Shown here in pieces: positions 12,101-24,000 of a DNA stretch of 64,000 nucleotides. Positions within the stretch are counted from its first letter, which is position 1, and each line of letters starts with the position of its first letter. The notes under the pieces are model-generated. The model worked only from the letters and a program-made list of their open reading frames with translations, had not been told where the DNA came from and made no database searches. This DNA comes from Bugula neritina (lineage: Eukaryota; Animalia; Bryozoa): contig OZ037767.1 in assembly GCA_964035545.1 (NCBI GenBank), positions 21,530,628 to 21,594,627 of the forward strand. The letters are read 5' to 3'. A program made the translations under genes and the position numbers.

Positions 12101-14869
12101 ATGATTTACTGATACTGGTATTTGGTAGTAAAACCAAATGTAACTCATTAATATTAATAGTATAACTATAACTTATAGTTATAGTTATACTATTATTATT
12201 AATGAGTTACATTTGGTTTTAATACCAAATACCAGTAAATCATGAATGATAATCATTATGATTATCATCATGAGTAACCGTACCTCAAACTGTGAGTCAT
12301 AGTGAGAGTCATTTAAATAGTTACTAGTTGAGTAGTAGTACTAGTAGTAGTATAGAATAGAATAGACTAAGACATACTCATACTGATACTCCTACGGCTA
12401 CTCCTAGTGATACTGATAGTATAAATATTAATAAATTGATAACTACAAATAATCTTGGCAACAATTCTAAGTTAGTAGCGTAAATGATTGTTTTGAGTAT
12501 AATTACCTGTATTGTTGCGGTTTTCAAGCTTGAACGCTAAAGATAAAGATTAAGTTCAGCATTTATCACCAAAGGGCAAAACAGCTCAGTAACTTAAAAG
12601 CTAACTTTGGATGGAACGCGATGAAAAACTAAACTTAGCCTTCGATTTTTAATATGATGTTTCTGACAGTACGAAGAAAGAAGTGGAACCTAAATTTATT
12701 TGATAAAAAATAAATTTGCAAGATCTCACGCTATGAAAATGACTAAAATTGTTCTCTTTCTTTAATTGATAACTTCGCAATTTTTTCATCATTTAGAAAA
12801 TTGAAAGCCTTAGTTACCAACTTTAAATGCAATTTTAGAGCTGAAGGAATCATTAAATGCTTACGAAAGTATGATTTTTGAAATCCTTGGATCTTTTTGC
12901 ATTAGAAAAGTCTAAAATCTAAAAATTGGAAATTAATTTCAAATTTAAGTATTTCCAAATTAAACCTTCATTTACTACACTTAATAAACGCCGCCACATC
13001 CCCGGTTTTGTCGCGACTGGTCACATATTATCTTCCGGAGTCCAGATCAACCAGCTCATGCTTCTCATTACTTTTTTGTAAAAGTAGTTATTATATAATA
13101 AAAATGGTGAAGAAAATCATTATCAGACACATATTTACTTATAGTTCGCCTTTTTTATAGCTGATCAATAATAATGTTTGCCTTATAACTAATAAACCCA
13201 TTCCTTTGCTTGTTTTCGTCCAAATAATGCACTTTTTCAGATTTTTTCACAAGAAAATCACTAGAAATAAACTCAGAGAAGTGAAAAACACATCTATGAT
13301 TATCTGAAAAGTTTTTGCTTGTATATATAATAAACTAGCTTCAATAATTTCAAGATAATATTTAATGGATTTGGACAAAGTTGTGGGGAAACAACTCCTG
13401 TAACATTTAAAAGAGTTTTTGTGACTAACCGGGTGAACAGAAAAATTTAGAGTTTTTATAAAAGAAAAGTAAAAAAATTATCAATAATTATTAGCAAATT
13501 TATTTTGCTTATATAAAATAAATTAGCTTGAATAATTCTAAAATATTTAGCCGATTCACAAAAACGTTAAGAGAAAACAACTCCTGAATAATTTTAAAAG
13601 TTTGAAGCGCTTTTGTGGCTAACTGGGTGCACACAACAGTCTAGAGTTTTCACAGATTAATTAGGACTCTTCAAACTTTCTATTTCTAAAAGAATTGGGT
13701 GGCCACCCCTCGAAGTGTAATGAGTGAAAGATAATTGGAGGTTACTTCTAGACTATATGTCTTGTTTTGGTTTTCATGTTTTTAAAGCACATGTTTCAAC
13801 AATGTGTTGTTTTTACACAATGTGTGAAAGAAATAATTAAACACACTAACACTATAAATTATAAAGTCTTGGTTTAGATCAGCTGGTTGATGCATTACTT
13901 GTTTCTCTCGCCACAACTGTTCGTAGTGTATTACTCCATGTTTAGTCAACAGTCTTAGAGCTACACTGTAAATATATTCTCTTTTAGTGGTTTTGGTAAT
14001 GCAGCTGGCTTATTGGCTCAATACGGTCTTATGTCAGGTCAAAGTTCAACTTCCGCAGCATATTCTGATGACTCAGACAGTGATACTGAGGAATATCGAG
14101 ACTTAGAAAGTCAGGTTAATCACGTCACAGGTATATGTTTCACCCTTCAAGGTCGTTAGGGATCTGTTACTTCTATTGTTCAATTCTGTAGTGCAGGATT
14201 TCTACATTTATCCTGTTTTCAACAGTTATATGTAGGAACTTTAACAATTGTTTGTATAGACTTCATTAGTTATATGTATAAACTTCATTTTTGCAATGTA
14301 TTTCAACCCAATGGGTTTTTGTCCAGTAATTCTCTGAAATATGATATATAAATTTAAGGCAATTTTAATTTAATTTTATAAATAAAATGATGAAATAAAG
14401 TGCTAAGTAATGAAACTGAAATCACTATAAATGGTTAACAATGCACGGAAATAAAAATTACAACTTAAATTTAGTAAAATAATTATTGTATTGTGATTCT
14501 GTATCGCCTTGCCCACTCTAAGTACCATATCTGTGTTCTATTTTTAGCGAGAGTTAATATGATTGTATATCTACTTGCCTAGCTCAATGTAACTGTTTGC
14601 CTATTGGTCATAAGAATGAAGAACTACACAACTCTGCTGTATTGTATCTTGCAGGTCGGTGCGAGCCGGCGCGACCCAACCCCATGGAGGGAATGTCAGA
14701 TGAACAGAAAGAGTATGAGGCTATGCAGCTTCTAAATGCAATGGATAAATTGCAGAGACTGGGAGTTGTCCAACCATCTACCATAGGACCAGATGGAAAA
14801 CCAGTGCCAGTAGAGCATGTATTGCAGTTGGCTCCTGATATAGACAATACAGAAAACAATGAAGACTGA
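2430..14869 (+). CDS. ric8: Synembryn / RIC-8, G-alpha chaperone and GEF (10 coding exons)
   Basis: Phase-consistent exons 2430-2621, 2826-2987, 3376-3468, 4017-4148, 4747-4931, 5179-5446, 5664-5762, 6169-6239, 13988-14130, 14655-14869. RIC-8 motifs: [71 protein letters not shown], acidic YSDDSDSDTEEY, NPMEGMSDEQKEYEAMQL. An acceptor at 2411 implies an upstream exon outside the window. Confidence 0.96.
3128..3167. repeat. (TA)n microsatellite
   Basis: Uninterrupted TA run in a ric-8 intron. Confidence 0.95.
4957..5135. repeat. 24-bp minisatellite (gcttatagtctcacagtcatgtat), ~7 copies
   Basis: Fills most of a ric-8 intron and explains the 8-aa-repeat ORFs in the track. Confidence 0.92.
5817..6145. 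repeat. 24-bp minisatellite (tattaataatactctgaaatataa), ~13 copies
   Basis: Visible tandem array in a ric-8 intron. Confidence 0.93.
6565..6907. mobile_element. PIF/Harbinger-type MITE, 343 bp
   Basis: ~70-bp TIRs (GCCTAGGGCCACACGGTGCGTATTTTCGCATGCGAA.. / ..TTCGCATGCGAAAATACGCACAGTATGGCCCTAGGC) and TTA TSD. The empty site (gcctc-tta-cttagaattc) is visible in the duplicated Academ end near 7280. Confidence 0.93.
7633..9300 (-). pseudogene. Academ transposase C-terminal remnant (XPG/FEN-like nuclease + Cys-rich CXC finger)
   Basis: Fragments with stops and frameshifts: LDHEKADTQTLLHA (HEEADT-like), VIIKS..FILSLA, FHALTG..SAFYGKG, LPPTKDELNLHVKRANYQAAIWR, NCSCKTSC..RCGC, TDVCQCKDC. Confidence 0.82.
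11805..12095. repeat. Near-perfect ~290-bp palindrome, centre 11947
   Basis: Arms are reverse complements apart from one substitution and one 6-nt indel; essentially no loop. Confidence 0.93.
12093..12251. repeat. Second near-perfect ~160-bp palindrome, centre ~12175
   Basis: Arms are complementary apart from a few substitutions and one 6-nt indel; a 21-bp palindrome follows at 12247-12267. Confidence 0.9.
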
Positions 14870-15707
14870 AAATCTAACGGATGTTTTTAGTCATTTATTT
14901 TCAAATAGACATAAAGAACTGATCACTAGTGCAGTCTTGGTCTCGGTGTACATAACAGTTTGTATAAAACCGTCTGCAACCCATTTCTACCATTCTGTCT
15001 ATTTCTATGTTAGTTTCTTTTCAGGTTATGAACTGAGTTAAGGTTCAGGCATGAGTTTTTTCGATGTATTGAAATGTTGCACTATATCTTTTTGTAGTTC
15101 TATAGCTGACTCTACAAGATCCGTGTCATCGCGCATTCAGTAGTTTATATGTGTTGTTTTTGCGAGACAATGGTCTCTTGTAGGTACAATTTATTTTTAA
15201 GAGTATTTGTTTGGTGAGTAGAGAGGAGACAATTTCTAATAGATTTGCCCACCAGTTTAAAAAAGGCGGAGTTAGCTTCAGTCATACTAGCTATTACCAA
15301 CTGTCAGTTTATTTTTACTGTATAAATTTTAGAAAAACAACTTTTTGTCGTAAATATCTCGATATTTATTTATTGTTTTATATAATATCTATGTGAGAAA
15401 GCTGATTGGTAAATTATAATTATGTTATTGAAATTAAACATATAATTTGAGTCATGTTTACAGTATAAATGCAGTCACTTGCTTTATGAGGTGTGTAATA
15501 ACATGTATCTCGCCACTATGTGTGTGTACGTGTGTGTGTGTTGCATGATGTCAACAATGACAAACTTTTAACAAAACGTTGTGTCTTGCAATCAGTTCAA
15601 CAATCAAAATAACTAAAAGTTCACTCTGTATCTGTTTCTTGGCAAAGCAAGCTGATTATTCTGCTCTCTCTGTTCTCAGATATAATATTGCGACTGATAT
15701 TCTTACA

Positions 15708-16605
15708 ATGTATTCTAGAAAGCATTCATTTTATGATAACAATTTTCTCTTTACTGGTGTTGATGAAAATGTCTCTACAGCCTACACTCTTAATGGGTAA
15801 GTTTATTTGCCTTCTCTTTTAAAAAATGAAGAAGGAAGTAGCTTACTAATATTATGTTGTTGTCCATGATTGATTATATTAATCTTGGATAAACATTTAT
15901 TTGTAGAAGATAAAGTATGCAGTAATTTGTAATAGACTGAAGCATTTTATTACATATTAATGTTTATAATATTATACTTAAAAAGCTACTAGTAGGTACT
16001 TCACGCTATTCATGATGGATGACGCAAAGCATTGGACATCACATTAGAAAACATACAGCAGGGAATACAATTCCAAAGTATACTTGTTACATGTATACAT
16101 ATTTTGAATTATATCAATGATTATAGCATAGCTTTGTGATGCAGTTTATGTAAATTGTAAATGTAAGTCATACATTACAAATATGTGTACGCTAGTCAAT
16201 GTAACAATATATAAAACATATTTTAGAAATCCAGATGAAGTTATAGAGATGAAAACATTCATTAAAAAAGTAAAGAGTGCTATTGGTAGAGATGGGTTAG
16301 ATGATGGAGTATGTGTGTTTGAGAAAGTGATAGACCATAAAATAACGTTGGAAGATATTGAAGAGGAACATGATGATGAAGTTGTCTCCCCATTTAGTAT
16401 CAAGAAGACAACTTTCAAATATACATTCTACAATGTACTTCATAGCATTAGAAAGAAAATTAGGAATAGTAGTGACAGTGACACTAAAGCTATATCCTAC
16501 AGACAAAACAAAATCGGTTACTTCACAGTTAAACTGAATAGAAAATGGCTAAAGGCTGTTAAATCTTGTTTTCTAACAAAAAGTGGTCGGCATTCTTTAT
16601 GCTGA
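15708..16605 (+). CDS. Candidate two-exon orphan protein, ~155 aa
   Basis: Exon 15708-15796 (MYSRKHSFYDNN..TLNG|GTAAGT) joins in phase 2 to ttttag|16227-16605 (NPDEVIEMK..SGRHSLC*). Upstream acceptor at 15679; AATAAA near 16820. No recognisable domain. Confidence 0.55.
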
Positions 16606-18073
16606 AACACCAACTATCAACTTATGTTCATATGAATGTATATAGTATACCTATAGTTGTTTATTATTGTAAATACACACATGTATACAATATGTACCTA
16701 TATATGTTTTTATTGCCATACAATATGTATACGTGTATTCAGTGCCTTCTGATCTACTGGGCGGAGACTCATTCAGTTCTTATAATCCTACATGTACATT
16801 ATAAAAAGTATATTATTGAAATAAACCGTTATTTTGTTGAAAAATATACTAATTAAAATGGTATTGTGGTATGATTCATAAAACATTTAGTGTAGAGCTC
16901 TCCGTTGGTTATTAAGCTTTTCCAATGGCAAGTAAAAACACTGCGATTATCAGTGAGGTGTTGGAGTCACTTTTATAACAGAGCATTTAGTAGGCTCCAC
17001 AAAAGGTTGTGCAAAAATAAATAACTGAGAACAGAGAGTAAGAAAAGTGTATACAGAGCTGTAATATTAACTACCTTGCTATATGAATGTGAATCGTGGA
17101 TTGGATTACATCAAATTAAATGTTAGAGCATGTTCAATTAAACAAGTTTTGTTTTAAATGTAATAAAATAAGAACCAATATTAAATTGTAGCTAAAGTTA
17201 TAAAAATACAGCTTCGCACAGTTGATAACTGAATTATTGTACTTCAATGACAATATTCCTTTCTAAGTTATTTAAATAATATTTAGTAATAGTTATAGCT
17301 CCTGAAACTGTAGACAGGATTCTAACTAAGTTTTTCCTCTTTCTTCCTCCTGCTTCAAAGTTTATGCAATCATGTTTTAAAATTTTAAATTTAAGGTTAC
17401 AAACAATATCTACCCAGTTTTTGCATCAAATAACAATATTTGTATAATGTAAGGTGTTCAGAAAACAGTCTTCACTATAGTGCAAAGTAAAAATAATACA
17501 TAAAACCTTCAAAACGCAATTAAGCCAGGCAAGTTTAAATTTAAATAGGTTTCTAAAACTTATTTATGCACAGTATATAGCAAGAAAAGAAAATATTGGA
17601 ATTTTATTCCAATTTAAATGTTCCATTCTTTATTACTAGATAGATTGCATATTCATGCTAGCTTGCTCTTACATGAGAGGTTATACTCTCAAACTTTCTA
17701 ATTTCATTTTGTTATATCAAACTAGTGCAGCATACAGTTATAATAAGAATATCTCAAAACATAAATTATATAATGTGCGTGCAAATCAAGGGTGTGGCAT
17801 TATACAGAAATTTATTTTTTTAAAAAGGAAAATAGTTTGAATGAAGCATCTTATATAAGCATGAAATAATACCATTAAGACACAAAACACTATTAATATG
17901 GCATTTCAAGTTTAACATTTACAAGGTAACAAAAAATAATCTTTTTTAACGCCACATGTATGCATGTAACACTGTTGAGTTGGACATGTAAAATTTATGT
18001 AATGTTGAGAAATTGACTGTTTACACAATCGCTAAATACTATTGTTAGTAAACTTTTGTTAAATGAGAAAACT

Positions 18074-21000
18074 TTACAACGAGTTCCCTATTAATAAAAC
18101 AAACAATATGAAGTGGCAGCTAAACCTCAAGTTGCTGCCAGAGCTTCCAGCTACAGTCGGCTGACTCAATTGACTTTCAACTACAAAGAGAAATAGAAAA
18201 CGTTGCTTATGTGGAATTTAAATTAAAGATAAAAAATAACAGTTCTCAAATGGGTATTTTGGTGGTGCATTTTAGGGTATTTTAAAAACTCTATAACATG
18301 TTGTTACAATGCAGGTGTTAGTTAAAGTATAACAGCTGCTTTAGGAATTTTGCTTAGCCAATTAAAACAATCAGTAAATAATTGAAATTGTATGCAGCTG
18401 ATTTATAAGAATTCTCTAAAGTTATTAGAAATTTATAATTTATAATTACTATTAAATAAAAATTTGGTGTTACAGTGATGCATATTTGACATTTAAACAT
18501 GAACACTAAATGCCACTGGCATTACGAGTCTTGCAGCATATCATAAATATTTCAATATGGAATACCGTTTATAGGTTAATAGATTTAAAATACAAATTCC
18601 AAGTAGCTCAGCAAGTACTACATTATTACATACCTAAACTCATAAACTTGTACTCAGCTCTGAATCCTCTCCCAGAACCTGTCATTCCAGATTTGAAAGT
18701 TATCATGAAGAAGTCCTTGTCAGATTCTATCACTTTGCTAGTGATGTGAGTGGTGGATGCAGAGTGGTCATTAATGCAGTAGCTAAGCAGATAAACATGT
18801 GTCCCATTAAAATACAAGTTGTTACCAACAACTTTGTTAAAACTCTGTTAGAAAACTGGTATAGTAAATTTTATTACAATTAGAATTTATAATTCTTGCT
18901 GATTATGCATCAAAAACTTAAATTAACAAATCGCTGAAAGCTAAAATAAAACTGCCTCCAACAAAATTTTCTTACTATATTATTAAAGATGGAAATCTAG
19001 ATATTATTTTAATGGTTTTTAAGATTCTCATTATTATTATAACAATTTCTGCGATGCCCAACTGAACAATTTTAAGGGCAGATAATTTCCTATTTGGCTG
19101 CAACCTACAATCTAATATAACAAGCACTATAAAAGAAGCAGTGATACAATCGTCTAGTACCTACTAATGAGACACAATTGAGATATCAGTCTGGAAAACA
19201 CTTACATGTCCATCATCTTGTCCTCGGTATCTCTATAGTTGGACAGTCTTACATAATCACTATCTCTTTCTTCATTACATCTACAAAAATGTATGCATAT
19301 ACTCTTTTAAAAGAAGTTAAAATATAATGGGCAAGATATTCTTCATAGTAAGCATCAGATATTATGATCAACTAGAAACTCCAGAAACATTATGTTCCCA
19401 GCTTGTAAGTCTTTGAACTCACGCAAGTTTATAGTCACCATCCCTGTGAGAAACCCCTGATGGAAAGGCCGTTCTTGTTAAAGTGGGCTGAGGGCTTATT
19501 TAAATGAGGCACAGGAGCAATTGTGACTGGATGCTTTTCCTAACATCACCAATGGCCTTTGTCAGGGCTCGAACTCATGACCTCGTGTTTACTAGGCTAA
19601 CGCTCTAACCCCTAGACCACGGCTGCTCCCTAACTTGTAAATCTCTGAAATGAGGTAGTAATAAATAGTTGTACTAAAAATAGCTCTTCAACCGAACAAC
19701 CTGCAGCTGAACTGAGATGCATGCTTGGAAAACCAGTGATGCCACGATACTATCATGAAACATTGTGTTATGTTATGCTCTCTGTTATACACTTGTGTTG
19801 TTGATTGTTTTCTCTCACCTACATTTAGCTGTCATATATTAGACTAGCCTTGGTTCAAACAAAATTTCCTATTGGTTACTTACAATGGTGGATAGCCAAT
19901 GACATCAAAGTCTGTGAACTTGATTGAAACTCTACTACCATCTCCATCAAACAAATATTGACACAAGGTACCTTTAGGGTAGATCCCAGGATAGTTTGGG
20001 GAAGTGATCTCACCTTCCACATTGACTGATTTTTTGTACCAAAATGTACAGGCTACAATCAAAGATTTTTATTTAAATTTACCTTATATCATCCACTTTC
20101 TATGCGATTTATTATTGTAATCATAATTATATAAAATATAAAATAGCAATTTGAGATTAATTGAAATTAAAAAATACTCATAACCCAAACTAACTTTAAA
20201 AATCGTGAAATGCTGCTGTATAAGTTTGTCATGTTAGGCTGTGAGTTTCCAAAACAAAATATATTATATGGGATATAAGGCAAAGCTGCCTATGGAAGAC
20301 TATGGCCTGGCAGATTACAAACCCATGTGTCTTATCAAAGAACCAACTGGCATTTCAGAACAGGGGTTTATTAATATGCAGCTGCACTTCATGTACAATG
20401 ATGTGTATCATCATGTTACTGCCCAACACCAAGTCAACCGATGAACTGCGTCAGTCAGTAAACAAACTACTTGAAACTTTATGTATTAAGGCCAAAGCAC
20501 ACTACTTGAACATCTAACTTGAGCATTGCACCATGCTCAAACTTTCCATGATAAGAGTGAAGTGTATAAGGCTATAAGCTGCCGTGAGTTTCAGTCATGT
20601 GATTAAGTCTCATTCACCGGCTTTCCATGTACCGATCTCAGATCGATCTCAGGGAGATCGATCCATGGAAAGACGTCAAAGATCGATCTCAGTCGTTCTA
20701 AGCTGGTCGGTCTGTAGAGCTCGAACTCAGATCGATCTCAAGGTAATAAGACCATGGAAAGACGAAAGATCGAACCGAGAAGTAGAAAAATGACTGCTCG
20801 CTAAAATTTCGTCTGCTAATAAAAATGATAACTTATTGTTAATTACTAAGCAAAGTACTTAATAATTAAGATAGCCACCTTTTCAAGTGGCAAAATTTTG
20901 ACTTTCAGTAAAATGATTAAGAAAACTTGATTATGTAAAATTATAGACGGTAGAAGATACAAAAAGTGAGAGCATTTAAATTGAATTTAAACGACTAGTA

Positions 21001-24000
21001 TAACGCACTGTCATTAGTTATTTGCTGCGTAATTTTAAGCCTAAAAGTCCCATAAGTTTATGAATAAGCTGCACAACAGCTATCAATTTTATATAAGCTG
21101 TCAAGCTAAAATATTAAAATCAATTATCTTAAATTGGCCAAATTACTTCATATTAAAAGCTTTACTGCGTAGAGTTTATAGCTGACGTTAAATTTTAGAC
21201 TATGAAAATTTTGTTTTTCACCAGCAGTAACTTTTATCACTCAGGTGGGTGAAAAAATTATACTATTAAAGTAGTCTTCACCTAAGAGGAGGCAACTCCG
21301 AGAGATCGATCTGACACTCTCATGGAAAAACGATCGATCTGAGCACATTACTCAGATCGATCTCAGCGAGATCGATCTGAGATCGGTACATGGAAAGCCC
21401 GTGATTGTATTCAAGTGTGGTGTGCTTTGACCTTTAACCTCAACTCACGTGTGTATGGCACAACTTCATCAGCTTTTATTCCGAAATCTAAAATTTGAAA
21501 AATGGAACATACATTTTCTGGCCATGATATAAAGTGCTATGTTGATGAAATAACAGAGCAGATAAACTATTTTGAGTTGTTGTAGATAATGAAAAACTAC
21601 CTGTTACAAACTTGTACTGAAACTTGAATCCTCTAGCTTGAGAGTTTTTAGTCATAGCCTCAAATCTGAGCTGCAGAAAGGGGCCGTTACTCATAATAGC
21701 TGGTGGCAATGTGGTACCGCAGAGAACCATCAACGTTTCTGGATAGGAATTGTCTACTTGTATACTGACTGTCACTTTGTCTGAGAGGTCACATGACCTG
21801 AGTATATAGACAGATAGTAAATAAGTCAATGATAAATAGGTCAATGATAAATAGGTCAGTAATATAAGATAAATCAAGTCAAAAATGTAATTTAACAGGC
21901 ACGTAAAAGCTCCCTCAAACAAGCATTCCTGTAAGTTTACAGTGACTAAAAGCCAATTGAATTTATTAACCAACCTGAAAACAGTGCTGTCAGCTCCACC
22001 ACTGTTTAGATCAAAGTCTATAAATTTAATTGCAACTCTTTCATTGGCTGCGGCATAGAACTTGTAGGTACAGAGTGAGGCTGGAGTATATGGACTAGGG
22101 TAAAGTTCAGATGTCATGCTGCCTTGTTTTATGTATTTTGATTTTATTTCACGATCACACTTGTATCTGGGTTGTAAAACTGAAATAATTCATCAAAATG
22201 TAACAAAGAAGTTTATTTCCAGATGTGAACACATTCTAAACAGTCATTCGACATGCAAACAGCAGTGGCCAGTTTCCTACACACTTTTATGAATTGGCAA
22301 GCTGCAATAGCAAGTTTGTTAAAGTATTTTTAGTATTTTTCAAATAATTAAAACTAAATAAATGCAGTTGAAGCGAAAATATCTGTAATGGCATTCATCT
22401 AACTGTGTAAAGCACAACTTTATGTGTTTGAGACAAAAAATTAGCAGTGAGTTTATTCTGTAACAGATATTAGTGACTTTTCTAGCCGTTGCAGCTTACA
22501 AAGCAAACATAGCTGTTAGTAAGTTTTCAAGAAAGGGACACTTTAGAGCCTTCGCTTATGAGGTTCATCAAGCAGAGTAAGGAATAGAATATTGCTTAGG
22601 AATTTATTACATTACTATGGGTAAAGTAATTTTATTAAATTCCTGAGAATGTCAAACATGTATTGTAAACAATATACCATCTGATAAATGTATGGTTCTA
22701 TCTACAGGATATGAATTAATATAAAACAATATACCATCTGATAAATGTATGGTTCTATTTACCTGGTTTGATGAATGAAAAGAGAGCAGCAAAACCCTGC
22801 ATACTCAGCTGATCGTTGGAAGTAAAAACAACTTTAATCTTTGTTCCTGTGGAAAAGATCTCCTCATATACGTGATAGCCACAGAATTGACCAATTACAG
22901 GAGAGTCATTACTGTCCCCATCGTACACACTGATGATGTCATAGCTACTGTCCGCGGAATTGCATTTCCTGTTAAAAACAACTTTGTGATACATAAATAT
23001 ACAAAGTGATTCAAGCATGTAACATGAGAAAACATTGTGAGTTGGATACAGAATGTAGTGCATATTTTAAATACAAAAACTAGCTGAGTAAATAGTATAG
23101 AGAATAAGATATGCAGCCTACATTTACTAATATAAGAAAATACCATTTAGCTCTTATTCATATATATACTTTATTTTCGAAATAAACTAAATTTATGAGT
23201 CAGCAACTAAAATAACAGTATTGAGCAGCTGCAGACGACTAGCTATGACTCATAGTACAGCGTAGTGTAGCACTAGCAGGTTGAGCTTTTGCTAATATAG
23301 ATACACAGATATATACTTCTACCAAAGTGAATTTTGTTAACCTCTTAACAAAATTTCTTCACTCACATGGAAGCAATCACTGCTAGCTGTGAAAGAGCAG
23401 CTGTTTTAATTGTCCGGGGAAAGGATGTGAAATTATTCTATAAATTTTATTCTATATAGAAAAGCTTTTACATATTATATATTCATTCAGTTCCATGGAC
23501 TGTCTAAAATTTAAGCTATCTAGTGATTACCAAGTTGTACTCATTATACTTGACACTACTTCTGCTATATGTTATGTGCTATACACTATACACTACATAA
23601 TATATGCTATATGTTTTATGCTATATGCTTTATGCTATATGCTAAATACTATACTACACTATGTGATATATGCTATATGTTATGTGCTATATGCTATACA
23701 CTATATACTATATGTTACATACTATATGCTACATACTATATACTATATTCTATACACTATATTATACTATATGCTATATGCTACATACTATATACTATAT
23801 GCTATATTATACTATATACTATACATACTATGTACTATAATATACCATATACTATATACTATATACTATATACTATATACTAATATATATTCTATACTAT
23901 ATACCATATACTATATCTTATATAGTATATAGTATATACTATATACTCTATACTATATACTATATATAGTATATATAGTATATACTATATCTTATATAGT

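Larger units (their letters stand above)
9531..13027. mobile_element. 3.5-kb TIR DNA element nested in the Academ copy; superfamily unresolved
   Basis: Imperfect ~32-bp TIRs: TATGTGACCTGGCACCACAAAACAAGGGATGT at left versus TATGTGACCAGTCGCGACAAAACCGGGGATGT (reverse complement of the right end). TA at both ends. No intact ORF. Confidence 0.75.
6302..13755 (-). mobile_element. Academ (AcademX-type) DNA transposon, decayed and non-autonomous, with nested insertions
   Basis: TIR TAGTCTAGAAGTAACCTCC at 6302 and its complement GGAGGTTACTTCTAGACTA at 13737-13755, extending imperfectly inward (..TTACACTT..GGTGGCCAC). 3-bp TSD TAT at 6299-6301 and 13756-13758. Internal XPG-like plus Cys-rich pseudogene. 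Confidence 0.85.

Noticed and set aside
23495-23932. Tyr/Ile-rich 145-aa and 104-aa ORFs
   Set aside because: Low-complexity TATAC repeat, not protein-like.
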